Source of the DNA: Eledone cirrhosa
Taxonomy: Eukaryota
Assembly: GCA_964016885.1 (NCBI GenBank)
Contig: OZ024740.1
Span: 348,936,001-349,000,000, forward strand
Reading direction: 5' to 3'
Length of the DNA: 64,000 nt
A model generated the notes under the pieces. That model was not told where the DNA came from, searched no databases, and was given only the letters and a program-made list of their open reading frames with translations. A program made the position numbers and the translations under genes. Of this stretch, positions 1 to 12,143 are shown piece after piece (positions within the stretch are counted from its first letter, which is position 1; every line of letters starts with the position of its first letter).

Positions 1-220
1 TTGCTGTAACGTGATTCGATAGGATGTGTATGTAGAAGACTATAGACATACGTTAGGACCAGCCATCTCTCCACCGCATTGAGAAATTATATCTGTGGCT
101 ACAATGTATAATGAAAGGACAAACAGCAGAGACGTATTATTAAAGCTGTTGAAATAATTGTTTCCTCTCCTGGCACAAGGCCAGCAATTATTCCAGTGCA
201 TTACTGGTGCTTTGCAGTTG

Positions 221-412
221 AAATAATTGTTTCTCTCTTTGGGAACAAGGTCAGCAATTACCCAGTGCATTACTGGTACTTTATTTTATCGACCCCGTAA
301 GTATGAAAGGCAAATTCACCTCGACGGGATTTGAACTCAGAATGGAAAGGGGCGTAACTCTATGCGTCAAAGCATGACGTCCGACCCTCTACTGATACTG
401 CCGATCCACCGC
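221..412 (-). mobile_element. tRNA-headed SINE (Meta-domain type), with tail duplication to about 150
   Basis: Pol III A/B boxes and central GCCTTTCATCCTTACGGGGTCGATAAAATAAAGTACCAG block. Confidence 0.8.
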
Positions 413-749
413 ACAGCAGTTGAAATAATGCCTTTAAATAAGACACAGTAGAACATCTTCTGCCGGATCAGATCATTTTCAAAGAGAGTATAAATAGGCA
501 AGAGAGTAAATTAAGCTTCCTAGATTTTCACAAAATACATGAGCTTATGAAGAACATCAGAAAAGGTAGTTTTCTAAAATCATACTTAAAGACCAGAAGC
601 CAATATGACGGAGTGAACGATGTAGAAATAGACAATGTCTTCATCAAGGATAATATTAATAAGCTTACAAGAAATCACATATCGAAATACTACAAAACTA
701 CTAGGCTACATACTGTCAAAACATGATATATATACATATATACATACAT

Positions 750-1350
750 GGTGGCTGCCAACTCGTTTTCGAGTACGGCCACTACTTTATATCCATGTAG
801 GAGAACCTCTACCGATGCGCTGAACGAGTGTGGCTTTTTAGTCCAGCCAGCGACTTGAAAACTCTGGTACAAACTCTACACTTGTGACAATTACTGCCAC
901 ATAGTAATGGGCCCATGGTACCATGTGACGACAAGTGCAGAGAGATCTCCAGATATAAAGCAATGCCTGTGCCGTGAAGCTTTTATAGTGAGCAAAGGCA
1001 CTGCACAAAGCCAGTCCCACTCTCTTAACCAAGATGATATTTACCAAAAAGAAGAACAAGTCATTGGATACCATCAGGGTTGGAGGTGTTATATCAGAGT
1101 TTTCCTTCTCCTAGAATTCTGCCTTGACAAAGGCTAAGGGTTCATCTCTCCCGGTGATTTTGGATGGCCATTGACTCTTAAGAGCTCCTTTGCCCTTTGA
1201 CAGGTTTTGTTTTTAGTCCTGCAGGATGTCCAAAGTCACCCTCCTCACCAAGAAACCTTGGTGGGGTTGCCAGTTTAGTCGCCAACGACCCGACCATGAG
1301 ACAGGTTGTACTGGGATACATGTTACCAGTAGCACCAACTGGTGACCTGA
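750..1350. mobile_element. Probable Penelope-like 3' remnant in partial inverted arrangement; paralog at 34393-35220
   Basis: Peptide ...CLCREAF...SLNQD resembles the end of a PLE GIY-YIG domain. Flanked by microsatellites. Confidence 0.4.
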
Positions 1351-1433
1351 TATACATACATACATACATACATATATACATACATACACACAACACACGT
1401 GCGCGCGCACGCACGCACACACACACACACACT

Positions 1434-1487
<54 letters not shown>

Positions 1488-1643
1488 TTGTAGCTCTGAA
1501 ATAGCAATATATATATGGATGTAAATATAATGTATTTTGCAATACACTTTATGCTTAATTAAAAGCATTTTGAAGACCGTAAGCTATTGTTTTAAAGTAG
1601 TGACAAATTCACTCACTTCGATCTCAGCAAACAGGAGGAGATA

Positions 1644-1687
1644 AGCCGACATGACATGTTTCGCTTTTGTTGAAGCTTATCAAGGCC
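1644..1687 (-). ncRNA. Type-I hammerhead ribozyme motif (U3-A8 variant core)
   Basis: GGCC-UUGAUAA-GCUU(CAACAA)AAGC-GAA-ACAUG(U)CAUGU-C/GGCU on the minus strand. Confidence 0.75.
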
Positions 1688-1922
1688 AACTACCCCGCCC
1701 GTCTGCTGAGATTAATGATGTTATATTCTTATAGAAATCTAGTAAATAATCAGGAGCTGATTATGCAGAGCGGTTGTTGGTCAGGCAGAAATTAAAAATT
1801 AGAATTGTAGCTCTGAAATAGCAATATATATATGGATGTAAATATAATGTATTTTGCAATACACTTTATGCTTAATTAAAAGCATTTTGAAGACCGTAAG
1901 CTATTGTTTTAAAGGGGTAGTT

Positions 1923-1966
1923 GGCCTTGATAAGCTTCAACAAAAGCGAAACATGTAATGTCGGCT
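1923..1966 (+). ncRNA. Type-I hammerhead ribozyme motif (U3-A8 variant core); predicted cleavage after C1962
   Basis: Same fold; stem III ACAU(GUA)AUGU followed by the GUC triplet. Confidence 0.75.
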
Positions 1967-2239
1967 TATCTCCTCCTGTTTGCTGAGATCGAAGTGAGTG
2001 AATTTGTCACTACTTTAAAACAATAGCTTACGGTCTTCAAAATGCTTTTAATTAAGCATAAAGTGTATTGCAAAATACATTATATTTACATCCATATATA
2101 TATTGCTATTTCAGAGCTACAATTCTAATTTTTAATTTCTGCCTGACCAACAACCGCTCTGCATAATCAGCTCCTGATTATTTACTAGATTTCTATAAGA
2201 ATATAACATCATTAATCTCAGCAGACGGGCGGGGTAGTT

Positions 2240-2283
2240 GGCCTTGATAAGCTTCAACAAAAGCGAAACATGTCATGTCGGCT
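2240..2283 (+). ncRNA. Type-I hammerhead ribozyme motif (U3-A8 variant core); predicted cleavage after C2279
   Basis: Stems I, II and palindromic III all pair; GUC triplet present. Confidence 0.78.
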
Positions 2284-2429
2284 TATCTCCTCCTGTTTGC
2301 TGAGATCGAAGTGAGTGAATTTGTCACTACTTTAAAACAATAGCTTACGGTCTTCAAAATGCTTTTAATTAAGCATAAAGTGTATTGCAAAATACATTAT
2401 ATTTACATCCATATATATATATATATATA

Positions 2430-3090
2430 GATAGGTAAATATACACGGATGTGTATGATTGTGTATAGAAGATTATATTAATAAGAGGAATTCCAACTTT
2501 GTCTGATTTACTCGTTTTATTTACAATCCTTTAAAATATATAATGGTATTATAATGAAATAGTATGATAGAATATTAAATTCTAAGTGTTAATTGAACAA
2601 AATTAACACTTAGAATTTAATATTCTATCATACTATTTCATTATAATACCATTATATATTTTAAAGGATTGTAAATAAAACGAGTAAATCAGACAAAGTT
2701 GGAATTCCTCTTATTAATATATATATATATATAGAGATAGATAGATAGATAAATATATACACGGGTGTGTATGATTGTGTATAGAAGATTATATTAATAA
2801 AAGGAATTCCAGCTTTGTCTCATTTACTCGTTTTATTTACAATCCTTTAAAATTTATAATGGTATTAGAATGAAATAGTATGGTAGAATATTAAGTGTTA
2901 ATTGAACAAGTACTGTCATGCTTTCGCAATCTTCAGGTTCATATTCTGTGGTGACAGTCAAGTTTGCAATTTTCACAGTTGAAAATTGCAAACTTGACTG
3001 TCATCATTCTAATACCATTATACATTTTAAAGGATTGTAAATAAAACGAGTAAACCAGACAAAGTTGGAATTCCTTTTATTAATCATACA
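2430..3090. repeat. Fold-back/tandem element with nested inverted repeats (perfect hairpin about 2952-3003); paralogous to 29400-29720
   Basis: 2474-2595 is inverted at 2600-2720. A second direct copy starts near 2745. It contains a minimal hammerhead-like string at 2903-2941 (-). Confidence 0.75.
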
Positions 3091-3394
3091 CCTACGGTGG
3101 TAGGTGTATAATATTCTTAAGGTCCCATTTCGGTCACTCGCGACACCTTCAAAGCTTTATCACTAATTCAATTTTTATAGAATTGGATGCGGTTTGTTGC
3201 ACTTAATAGGACCACAGATAAGCTACTTTTTGACATAAAAATATTGAAATTTGGTTCAGTAGAAAAAAAGTTACATAAAAATAAGTGAGGACCAAAAGAG
3301 TGTAAGGAACTACATACATAAGTAACGCTTAGTTTGTTTCTAATTTCTATTCTAATACATTAAAATAGTGATAGATTGTGCAATAGTGAATTGT

Positions 3395-3468
3395 GGTCAG
3401 GTAGCTCAGTCGGTAGAGCAGCGGACCGGCAATCCGAAGGTCGTTGGTTCGATTCGTTTCCTATCTGC
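3395..3468 (+). pseudogene. tRNA-derived pseudogene or SINE head
   Basis: A box TAGCTCAGTCGGTAGAGC, anticodon-like stem CGGA/TCCG and B box GGTTCGATTC. Acceptor stem does not pair. Confidence 0.6.
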
Positions 3469-4290
3469 ACTTCTTCCTATTTATTATTATTATTTAACTT
3501 ATTTGTTGATAAATATTTTATTAATATTAATATAATATCCTTGCATTGCCTGGAAAAAAGTGGATTACAGGGAAAAATGCGGGCGCATGTAAAGAAATAT
3601 TCTTAAATTAATAAACCTAGAAAAGTAAAGGACAAGTTATTACACTTGGAAAAGTAAAGGACAAGAAAACTTCTTAAAATATTGCAGCTAAAGTCTAAAT
3701 TTGAAAAAATATATTTAGATTATAAAACTAAAAATAAATAATTATAAGTTAATTGTTAAAAAAATATCACTTTAAAGGACTGGAAAAATTACTGTCTTAT
3801 AGGGAGAGTTGACTACTGTATACTTAATTTTTTTCTTGGTGTATACAAATTAATCTTTTTAAAATAAAATTTGTACAATAATTTGTACAATAATTTGTAC
3901 AATAATTAATTAAAAATAATAATAATAATTAATATGTACAATTTATTAATTTATGTTATAAGATATTTAAAAATGTTCACTCTTAATCAAATTATATTTT
4001 TAAAAATTTAGTTATAAAATAATGCAGTAAAATAAATCAAAAACAGTGCATCATATAATTGCACTTTTTATGAGTATTACAGATTTTTTTTATAATATAG
4101 TAAAATTCAACATCTCAAGGGGCAAAATTAGGTAAAAGTCAATTCATCAATTATTCATTTATAGTGAATCAATCAATTATAGTGAATTCATCAATTCATT
4201 AGATGAACTGTTGAATTAGACAATGTTTAATTTTTAATTGTAGTCTAATTTTACTCTACCTAAAAATGTAGATTGGTTATTTTGATCTCT

Positions 4291-4478
4291 GGTGGATTGG
4301 CAGTATCGGTAGAGGGTCGGACGTCATGCTTTCCAGCATAGTTACGTCCCTTTACGATCTGAGTTCAAATCCCGCCGAGGTTGACTTTGCCTTTCATCCT
4401 TACGGGGTCGATAAAATAAAGTACCAGTAATGCACTGGGTAATTGCTGGCCTTGTGCCTAAAGTAGAAACAATTATTA
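4291..4478 (+). mobile_element. SINE, same family
   Basis: Full head, central block and ATT tail. Confidence 0.85.
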
Positions 4479-4509
4479 AACAATTATAATTTGTTATTAT
4501 TTATCATTA

Positions 4510-4733
4510 CAGTTGGCTCCCTAATTAATTATTAATTAATTGTTAGTGTCATTTACACGCCAAAATTTTGTTTTATTTGATGTTTATAATTGTCACTCAT
4601 TTTTTCAGTCCCATTTAGTAAAGTAAAATAAAGTATATCTATTTAATGACCCAACCACTATGGTGTAAATTAGGATCACAAAATTAAATAATTGATCATA
4701 AATTAGTATTATTATCAATTAGAGAGTCAACTG
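4510..4733. mobile_element. Small nested MITE
   Basis: TA|CAGTTGGCTCCCTAATT ... AATTAGAGAGTCAACTG|TA. Confidence 0.6.
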
Positions 4734-5508
4734 TATTATTAGAATTTATCACTTTCTATGTATATTTAAATCAAATATTTTTTATTATTCAAATTTATAC
4801 TATAGCTGCAATATTTTAAGAAGTTTTAAGAAGTTTTCTTGTCCTTTACTTTTCCAGGTGTAATAACTTGTCCTTTACTTTTCTAGGTTTATTAATTTAA
4901 GAATATTTCTTTACATGCGCCCGTATTTTTCCCTGTAATATATATATATATATTTCACAAATAATATGTAATATATTTAAATTATTATAGCCTCATTTGC
5001 CTACCGAGCGAGTTAGAGCTGGCCTTGCAAAAAACTAAAAATATCATTTGAATTTTATTTCGTGCCCAGTGTAAGCATTGATTAAATATCCCTCCTAATA
5101 ACACTAGAACACATGTCTTTATCATATTGGTGTAAACTGAAAATATATATTTTTAGTCTGGAAATGAATTGACAACGTTCAATTATATCAAATATTTTAA
5201 TTCGACTCTTCTTTGTTAATATGATGATACCATTAGGTGAATATTCCATTCTTACGGCAACATACACTAAATATGCTGGGGTTCATTATTTCTAGTTTGT
5301 TTATTGAGTACTGTATAATAGAGATGGAACAAGGAGTTGGAAATAATTATTTTTCATGGTACATTTAAGGACAAATAACACACACACATGTACACACACG
5401 CACACACGCACACACGCACTCACGCACACACACACACACACACACACATAAACACACATACACACTCACACAAACACACATATATATATATATCTGTCTA
5501 TGTATCTA

Positions 5509-5539
<31 letters not shown>

Positions 5540-5565
5540 ATCTATATATATGTAAAAATCATCGG

Positions 5566-5617
5566 GGCTTTTCTGATGACTTCATACGAATGAAACTGTT
5601 CTAGTCCTGTAGAAGTC
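5566..5617 (+). ncRNA. Degenerate hammerhead motif in a short insert between microsatellites
   Basis: CUGAUGA-cUUC(AUAC)GAAu-GAAA, then a decayed palindrome (actgttctagtcctgt versus acaggactagtcctgt) and GUA/GAAGUC. Confidence 0.5.
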
Positions 5618-8600
5618 ATTTATATATTAAATATAGTATATACTCTATTGTGTTGAGTATCGTACTTACAGTGGTTACTCCCGATTAAACCCGGATACAC
5701 ACACACTCGAACACATAGACCCCCTCCACACACACACATACACATACACATAGACACATATATATATACATACCAGATTGTGGTTGTTAGTTTCCATTGA
5801 TTCCGCAGTATTTCTATTTTTAGTAAATTAGAATAGTGTTTATTCTAGAAGATACAAATAACTTAAATAACTTCATCTCGGAATAGTAGTTGACAAATAA
5901 CGTGTTCAGATTATTGTTTAAACCATAGTCAGACAACGATTGAAAATAAACTCGTATTTGATATAACACAGAGGGTATCAATGCATTGCCCGCATATGTA
6001 ATAATGTACAGCTTCACTGTAATCAAATGGAGGAGCAGTTTATTACATTGATGTCCTAGTGTTTAGACAGAACATCAAAAATCTATGAAAAGGGATCTGA
6101 ATCCTTAACATATAATTACAGAATATAGCAGCAGAGGCACGTTCAATAGTTTTAGAAGACAAACGGTAACTGTTTGTTTAATAAGGAAACTTAAATGTAT
6201 ATGTAAAGCACAACTTAAAATGATGACAAACATTTAGATAAGAAGGAAATAAGTCAAAAGTGTAAAACCTGAAGTCAAAATATAATATATAATAACTAAA
6301 CATCTTTATCATTATTCTCTAGTTATAGCAACTATTACAGCCAGTCGTAAAGATACAATTCAAAATATGTTTAGAGCGACCGTCACTACTGATCTCTATT
6401 TGCCGACATGCATAGATTGGTTTCGGTGTTGCGACATGTGCAGTTTTTTGTGCTATTGAACCAGAATTTAGTTAGTATTGTCTTTGCTTTCTAATAAACG
6501 TGTTCTGAATGATGGTTTAATGCTGGTTTTCGTGGTAAGATACTTGGTGAATTCCTGATTTTACACAGTAGCATGGAGTGATTTCTGTCTTCTCAGTGTA
6601 AATGATGTGCAGAAGCTATCTGAAACACTTATGTCTGAAACACTTCTCTGTTCGTATTGCTAGAAATGCCCAGGACGTTGCTATCACGTACGACTTTGTG
6701 GTTATAAGTGTCTAAGCAATATTAAGACAATATTTTGATTACATCAATCTCGTGAAAGAGCAGCAAACCTTCTTCGGGCTAGAGGACTGGTATCGAGTTG
6801 TTTAGTTTCCGTTACTATTATTGGGTTTTATAGGTAGCCTTTCTGTCAGCATATTTCATCCCGTCGTCAATGATTTTGCACTGGATTGTTTGGGTAAAGG
6901 GAACACTTTAATGACCGACAGCATCACCCTTAGATATGGACAGTTATGATCACCCTCAACTGAAGCCCACGTTCGCTGTGCGACCTTCATCCATTCCACA
7001 ATAAATGGATTTTGTTGACAGGTTACTCGAAAGTAATGATTGGACGATTTATAAAGGTATGTCCTTCAGCAGGCATTTCCAATGGCTTTTGAAAGCCATG
7101 AATTACAGACAGACAAAACCAAAATATATTGAATAAAAATGGAAAGTAAGAACGCTCTGTAATCTCTATCACATTATGACTAAAAGTTCTATACGCTAAA
7201 AAGTACATAGATATCTATTAAGCCAGACGATCTATACGAAAGAGAATACCAAGGAGAATGGTTAAACGAGTACACCAGCATCAATTTTCTAATGAGATAG
7301 CAAAATTATAATTATAAGGGTGGATAACTGACATAGCCCTGTACACATATGAAGAACAAGTGTGAATGTTCTGTTTTCAAGATCATTTCTAACATGCCTA
7401 TCCAGATTTAATAGCAAATAAATGGATGGATTCCAATTATCGTTCGATGAAGAATGAAACGAAAATCTATTTTTACTCTGCATTTACATGACTCTATATA
7501 TTATTATATTTTCCTGGTAACGGCTTTAGTTACCAACAATAGTATGAGTGACCAGTTACAGCTGGTTGGCAAAGATAGAGGTGAGTGTATTTTGGCTGTT
7601 TTAAATGCAAAAGGGTTAACATATCAGTAATGCACCTGGTGCCACTTTTCAAAGAAAGAAAGGCACAAACGATATTTATATATGGAAAATCCATTTTAAA
7701 TATATCATATCCATATAGCGATAACTATCGTCACACGCTTGAAGTATGTTGTTGGATAATTCTCATGGTATTTACTCGGAGAATAACACAGGTAAAACAT
7801 ATTCGTTGATGTAACCAGTGCCCTCATCATAGTTAGTATTTACTTATTTACAGAACAGGCGTATGTTTATTGTAGACAAATATATAATGTATACATTTAT
7901 ACATAACCCTAGTATGCTTAACGCTATGTAAGTATTACTGCCAGCCTATTTAGAATGATATGCAAATAAGCATTTGCAGCCTATGTGTGCTATTTACTAT
8001 ATGTAAATGTGCAACTGCACCAAATGCTCACTACGCAAAATCTATAAGGGCTCTCGTCTATTTTCATCTCAGTACAATGGATGTCATTGATGAGAGATTA
8101 ACGAATCCTGAATCAGCTGTCTCGCATTCTCAACATCTACTGAGTTATCTGTGACATATTAACTTCATATAAAAAAACGAAAAAATATTTCTATATTTGA
8201 GAACGAGTCTCTCGTTTATTTATTTTTTATAATCATAATATATGCTTTCATATACAAGTCTAATATGTTTATATATGTATATGACACGAATAAATGACTC
8301 GTGTTACTTATTAATTTGTATCTGGTAAAATGACTAAATTACAACATAGAATATACACGTTCAACTTGAATTGACTGCAACATGAAAGTCTTCCAAATCA
8401 ATTTAAACATGAAGAAATTAGTGTCATATAAATGAGATTCAATGAAATAAAAGTGGAAACTTTTAACACAAAACTACAAATTGCAAAGTTTTTCATGTTT
8501 TTATTTAAATGTAATAAATGATATGTAAATATAAATACATACAACGAAAGAAAATATAAGCATGTCCATTATACGACATATATACAATAATAATTTAATT

Positions 8601-9070
8601 TATTACAGATTATTTGTGATTAAAAATATAATTATAAAACTGTACAGCCATATATGATTTGATTTTACGTGGAAATATATATGTAAATAAAAAAAAATTT
8701 TATTTACGCTTATAGTATTTCAATATAAATAATTCTGGCTTGTGAATTTAAATACTTTGTAATAAAATGATTTCAACTTTAATAATACTATATATATATA
8801 TAATACCATATATATTTATGATTTACAAAGGCACAATTGCAATCTATGAAAAGGATATATCATTACTGATTAAAAACACCTTCCTGTATTCCTAGTACAT
8901 GTTAATTTTCTTAAATATACAAATATTTGTGATATATATTGATAAAAGAAGTAAAAAGATATAAAAATATTATAATAACCACATGGTGGCCAACAAATAT
9001 TCATAATATTATGAGAAACCTTCGCGTTACATCGCAGTTTAAAAGTTGGTAGTTGATTGCTTTACGACTC

Positions 9071-10526
9071 TTAATCGTTTCCATTTCCCTCAGTTGTCAC
9101 ATCAACTTTCCGTGCACAAACACAGGCTGTTGCCACATCTATATCACTTGGACTATACACATACAGACCATCAACACATTTATCTGTACGATTGAGGACT
9201 GTCATTTTAGTAGACACTGCCACACATTGGTGATTGTTGTCAGAGCCTAGACAGTCTGTACAACGACATACTACTTCTGTACGTGATGGAGGGAAGACTG
9301 TTGAATTATGGGTAATCTTCAGGTACCAAGGGCAAGTTGAACGTTCACTGATGATATCAGAGGAAACAGCAGATGTTGGACAAGTTTTATCTCCGTCTGT
9401 GAGTATAGGATGATTACTTTCTGCTGGAGCCATTTCAGCCGGTAGAAAAAAATTGTTGCCAATGGCTGCACTAGATAAACTCTCGTAGCGGACTTTCAAA
9501 TCAGTGGGTATTTCACATTGCCCCTGCATTGGTGCCGAAGACGTGATGAAGATGTAGTTGAACATCAGGATTAAATTCTGGATAAGGCTCTGTAAGAAAG
9601 AAAATATTAATCCAATGTAAGAAAACTAGATTACTGACGATATAAATATCAATTTGATAGGAACTATGTTAATCATGTTATTGAGAAAACATAGCTTCTG
9701 CTACAATATTTCCTCCTGCGGATGTTCGAAGGATGTTTGAGAAAACAAATATAAATATAAGAAAGTATGGAAAATTGAGATGTGCTGGAGATATGTGGTA
9801 TTTTTTATATAAGCAATTCTAGTTACAAACGGAGACATAGTTATTTTAAATTATGCAACAAATAATTTCTTCTAGATTCATTAATTCTATATAATTTTGC
9901 GTTTGGATTCACGTTGTTAATAAGATATAATCGTACTGTTCTTTTGTAAACGTTGAGAACATCGTAAATAAGAGGAAATATAAATATATATTATACGATT
10001 TGTTCTTTCCTTCAATAACGTAGACTATGAATAAAAAATAAAAATTGAGTGACAACAGAAATCCTTATGAATAATTGTTTGAAAATGACAACATAAAATT
10101 TACCCATTAAAAATAAGACTCCAGTTGCATTTTAGATTTCATCTTTTTTTCTTTATACTTTCACTTGTGTAGGACACCTCGGTTATTTTTCATTTTCTAA
10201 TATATATATATATACTATATTAGAAAGTGAGGTTTTCTTTACAAGATGAAAAATAACCGAGGTGTCCTACACGAGTGAAAGTATAAAGAAAAAAAGATGA
10301 AATCGAAAATGCAACTGGAGTCTTATTTAAAAAAATATATATTTATTTATTTGGTTCCGTTACCGGTTTCGCAGTTATTCTGCTTTTCAGTAGAGTTGCG
10401 ATAGAGTGTCTGTGGTTATTCTACTTTTGAAAAGCAGAAGAACTGCTAAACCGGTAACGGAACCAAATAAATATATATATATTTTTTTAAAGAAGACTCC
10501 AGTTGAATTTTTGACTTCATCTGTTT

Positions 10527-10585
<59 letters not shown>

Positions 10586-10892
10586 CAAGGTTTAGCCAAT
10601 AGAGAAAAAGTATTAAAATAAATTTTAAAAAGTTCGCCGTACTTACTATATGTACCCTTACCGCACGGTTTTAAATCCCGAAATAAATGGATAATCCAGG
10701 CGGACCACCATTGAGAAGGAGATTTTCGTCAGAAGGTTCTCCTCGCTCGGAGAATATAACATTTCCGAGTTCAAATCACAAACTGGCGCCATACAAACCT
10801 GTTCCCAGATGAGAGTGAATGAGGAAGGGATTAATTCTGCCTAGTGCCGTATATATATACATATTTTTATATATATATATATACAGTATATA

Positions 10893-10930
<38 letters not shown>

Positions 10931-10967
10931 TATATATATATATATCACTTTCATCTTGACCAAACAG

Positions 10968-11029
<62 letters not shown>

Positions 11030-11119
11030 TATATATATATATAAAGGGTTGCAAACATAGATTCTTACATAAATATATGATGTTATTATTGAACGAAAGT
11101 TACTTACTTTAATGTTCAT
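9071..11119 (-). CDS. IL17: Interleukin-17-like cytokine, copy 1 (exon 1 11108-11119, exon 2 9071-9589; 176 aa)
   Basis: RSTCPW motif, CxC...C...C...C...CxC cystine-knot pattern and a hydrophobic signal peptide. ATGAACATTAAA|GTAAGT donor and ttttctttcttacAG acceptor join in phase 0. Ends ND* because the Tyr codon TAT is TAA here. Confidence 0.9.
10654..10737 (-). ncRNA. Hammerhead motif in the IL-17 copy 1 intron (sense to the gene), core G12 changed to A
   Basis: ACCUU-CUGACGA...GGGAUUU-AAAA-CCGUGCGG-UA/AGGGU. Confidence 0.55.
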
Positions 11120-11639
11120 TATACTGCTTGTCCACCTGTCCACTTGGATATCGAAAGATAACTCGAACTTGGATATCGAAAGGTATATTTTCAATTATTT
11201 CGACAGCTTTAATAGTACGTCTCTGGTGTTTGTCCTTTCATTATATATTGTAGCCACAGATATAATTTCTCAATGCGGTGGGGAGATGGCTGGTCCTAAC
11301 GTATGTCTATAATCTTCTACATAATAATTATTTCAACAGCTTTCATAATACGTTACCGATGTTTGTCCTTTCATTATACATTCTATCCACATATACTTAC
11401 TATAGATGTAATTTCTCAATGCGGTGGGGAGATGGCTGGTCCTAACGTATGTCTATAATCTTCTACATACAGATCCTATCGAATCACGTTACAGCAAATA
11501 CTTCCAAGAAAGCATATATCGCTAGCTTCTGTTCGTGATTATATACTTTCGGTCAACTTTCGTGATGTTTACGCACATCTAAGGTAAAATTAGGCGCAAT
11601 TGATGGAGCTCGACACACAAATTGAAGGATGTCGAATTA

Positions 11640-11940
11640 CTATTATTTATCGGAAGATAAATACTAAGGCATTCTTATAAAGACTTAAGAGCAACAAGAA
11701 GCTTTCTATCGACCCGATACTATTGTAGGAACTTCAACAAGAGATACCGTGGAAGGCGATTTTATGCCTTTTTGAACAGAAGCAGAAAGCTTTTTGAAAT
11801 ATTCGCATGGATTCTCAAAGAGATGCCACAGAGTGAATATTTGGTAGGCTCTACTACGTCCGCAGCAGAAAGCACACTGTCCGTCAGCCAGCTTCGACAC
11901 AACATGGCTACAACTCTTTTCCCGACACGTAACTTCTAAC
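11640..11940 (-). mobile_element. Old RTE-like RT fragment carried in the duplicon (also about 22020-22300 and 36320-36600)
   Basis: GQCAFCCGRSRADQIFTL..LFE..WEY resembles the RTE motif QxGFRxGRSTxDQIFxL. Confidence 0.65.
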
Positions 11941-11944
11941 ATGA

Positions 11945-12073
11945 ACCAGAAGAACAAGAAGAAGAAGCAGAAGAAGAAGAAGAAGAAGAAGAATGAGGAG
12001 GAGAAGGAGGAAGAGGAGGAGGAGGTGGGGGAGTGGGGTAGGGGGAGTAGGAGGAGGAGAAGGAGAAGAAGAA

Positions 12074-12104
<31 letters not shown>

Positions 12105-12143
12105 AAGAAGAAGAAGAAGAAGAAGAAGAAGAAGAAGAAGAAG
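11945..12143 (+). repeat. (GAA)n/(GAG)n purine tract (paralog 36612-36870)
   Basis: Direct reading. Confidence 0.95.

Larger units (their letters stand above)
1481..2411. mobile_element. Non-coding 317-bp tandem/inverted element in (TA)n, carrying hammerhead ribozymes (retrozyme-like or Penelope pLTR-derived)
   Basis: About 1.4 units on the minus strand (1481-1913) abut about 1.6 units on the plus strand (1914-2411). Period 317; no long ORF. Confidence 0.85.
3568..4935. mobile_element. Non-autonomous DNA transposon (Tc1/mariner-type ends) with about 130-bp TIRs
   Basis: TA|CAGGGAAAAATGCGGGCGCATG ... CATGCGCCCGTATTTTTCCCTG|TA. No transposase ORF. Confidence 0.8.
1..11194 (-). repeat. Inverted segmental duplication of the IL-17 repeat unit
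   Basis: 1-1350 mirrors about 34400-36159, 4940-5300 mirrors 29020-29400, and 5790-11140 mirrors 12376-18625. Confidence 0.9.

Noticed and set aside
1119-1140. CUGCC-UUGACAA as another U3-A8 hammerhead
   Set aside because: No GAAA or stem III follows on the same strand; the candidate partner at 755-775 is on the opposite strand.
3395-3468. Functional tRNA gene
   Set aside because: The acceptor and T stems do not pair and the anticodon loop is non-canonical.
9053-9250. 65-aa antisense ORF present in all IL-17 copies
   Set aside because: It starts at TTG and is conserved only because the sense exon is near-identical between copies.
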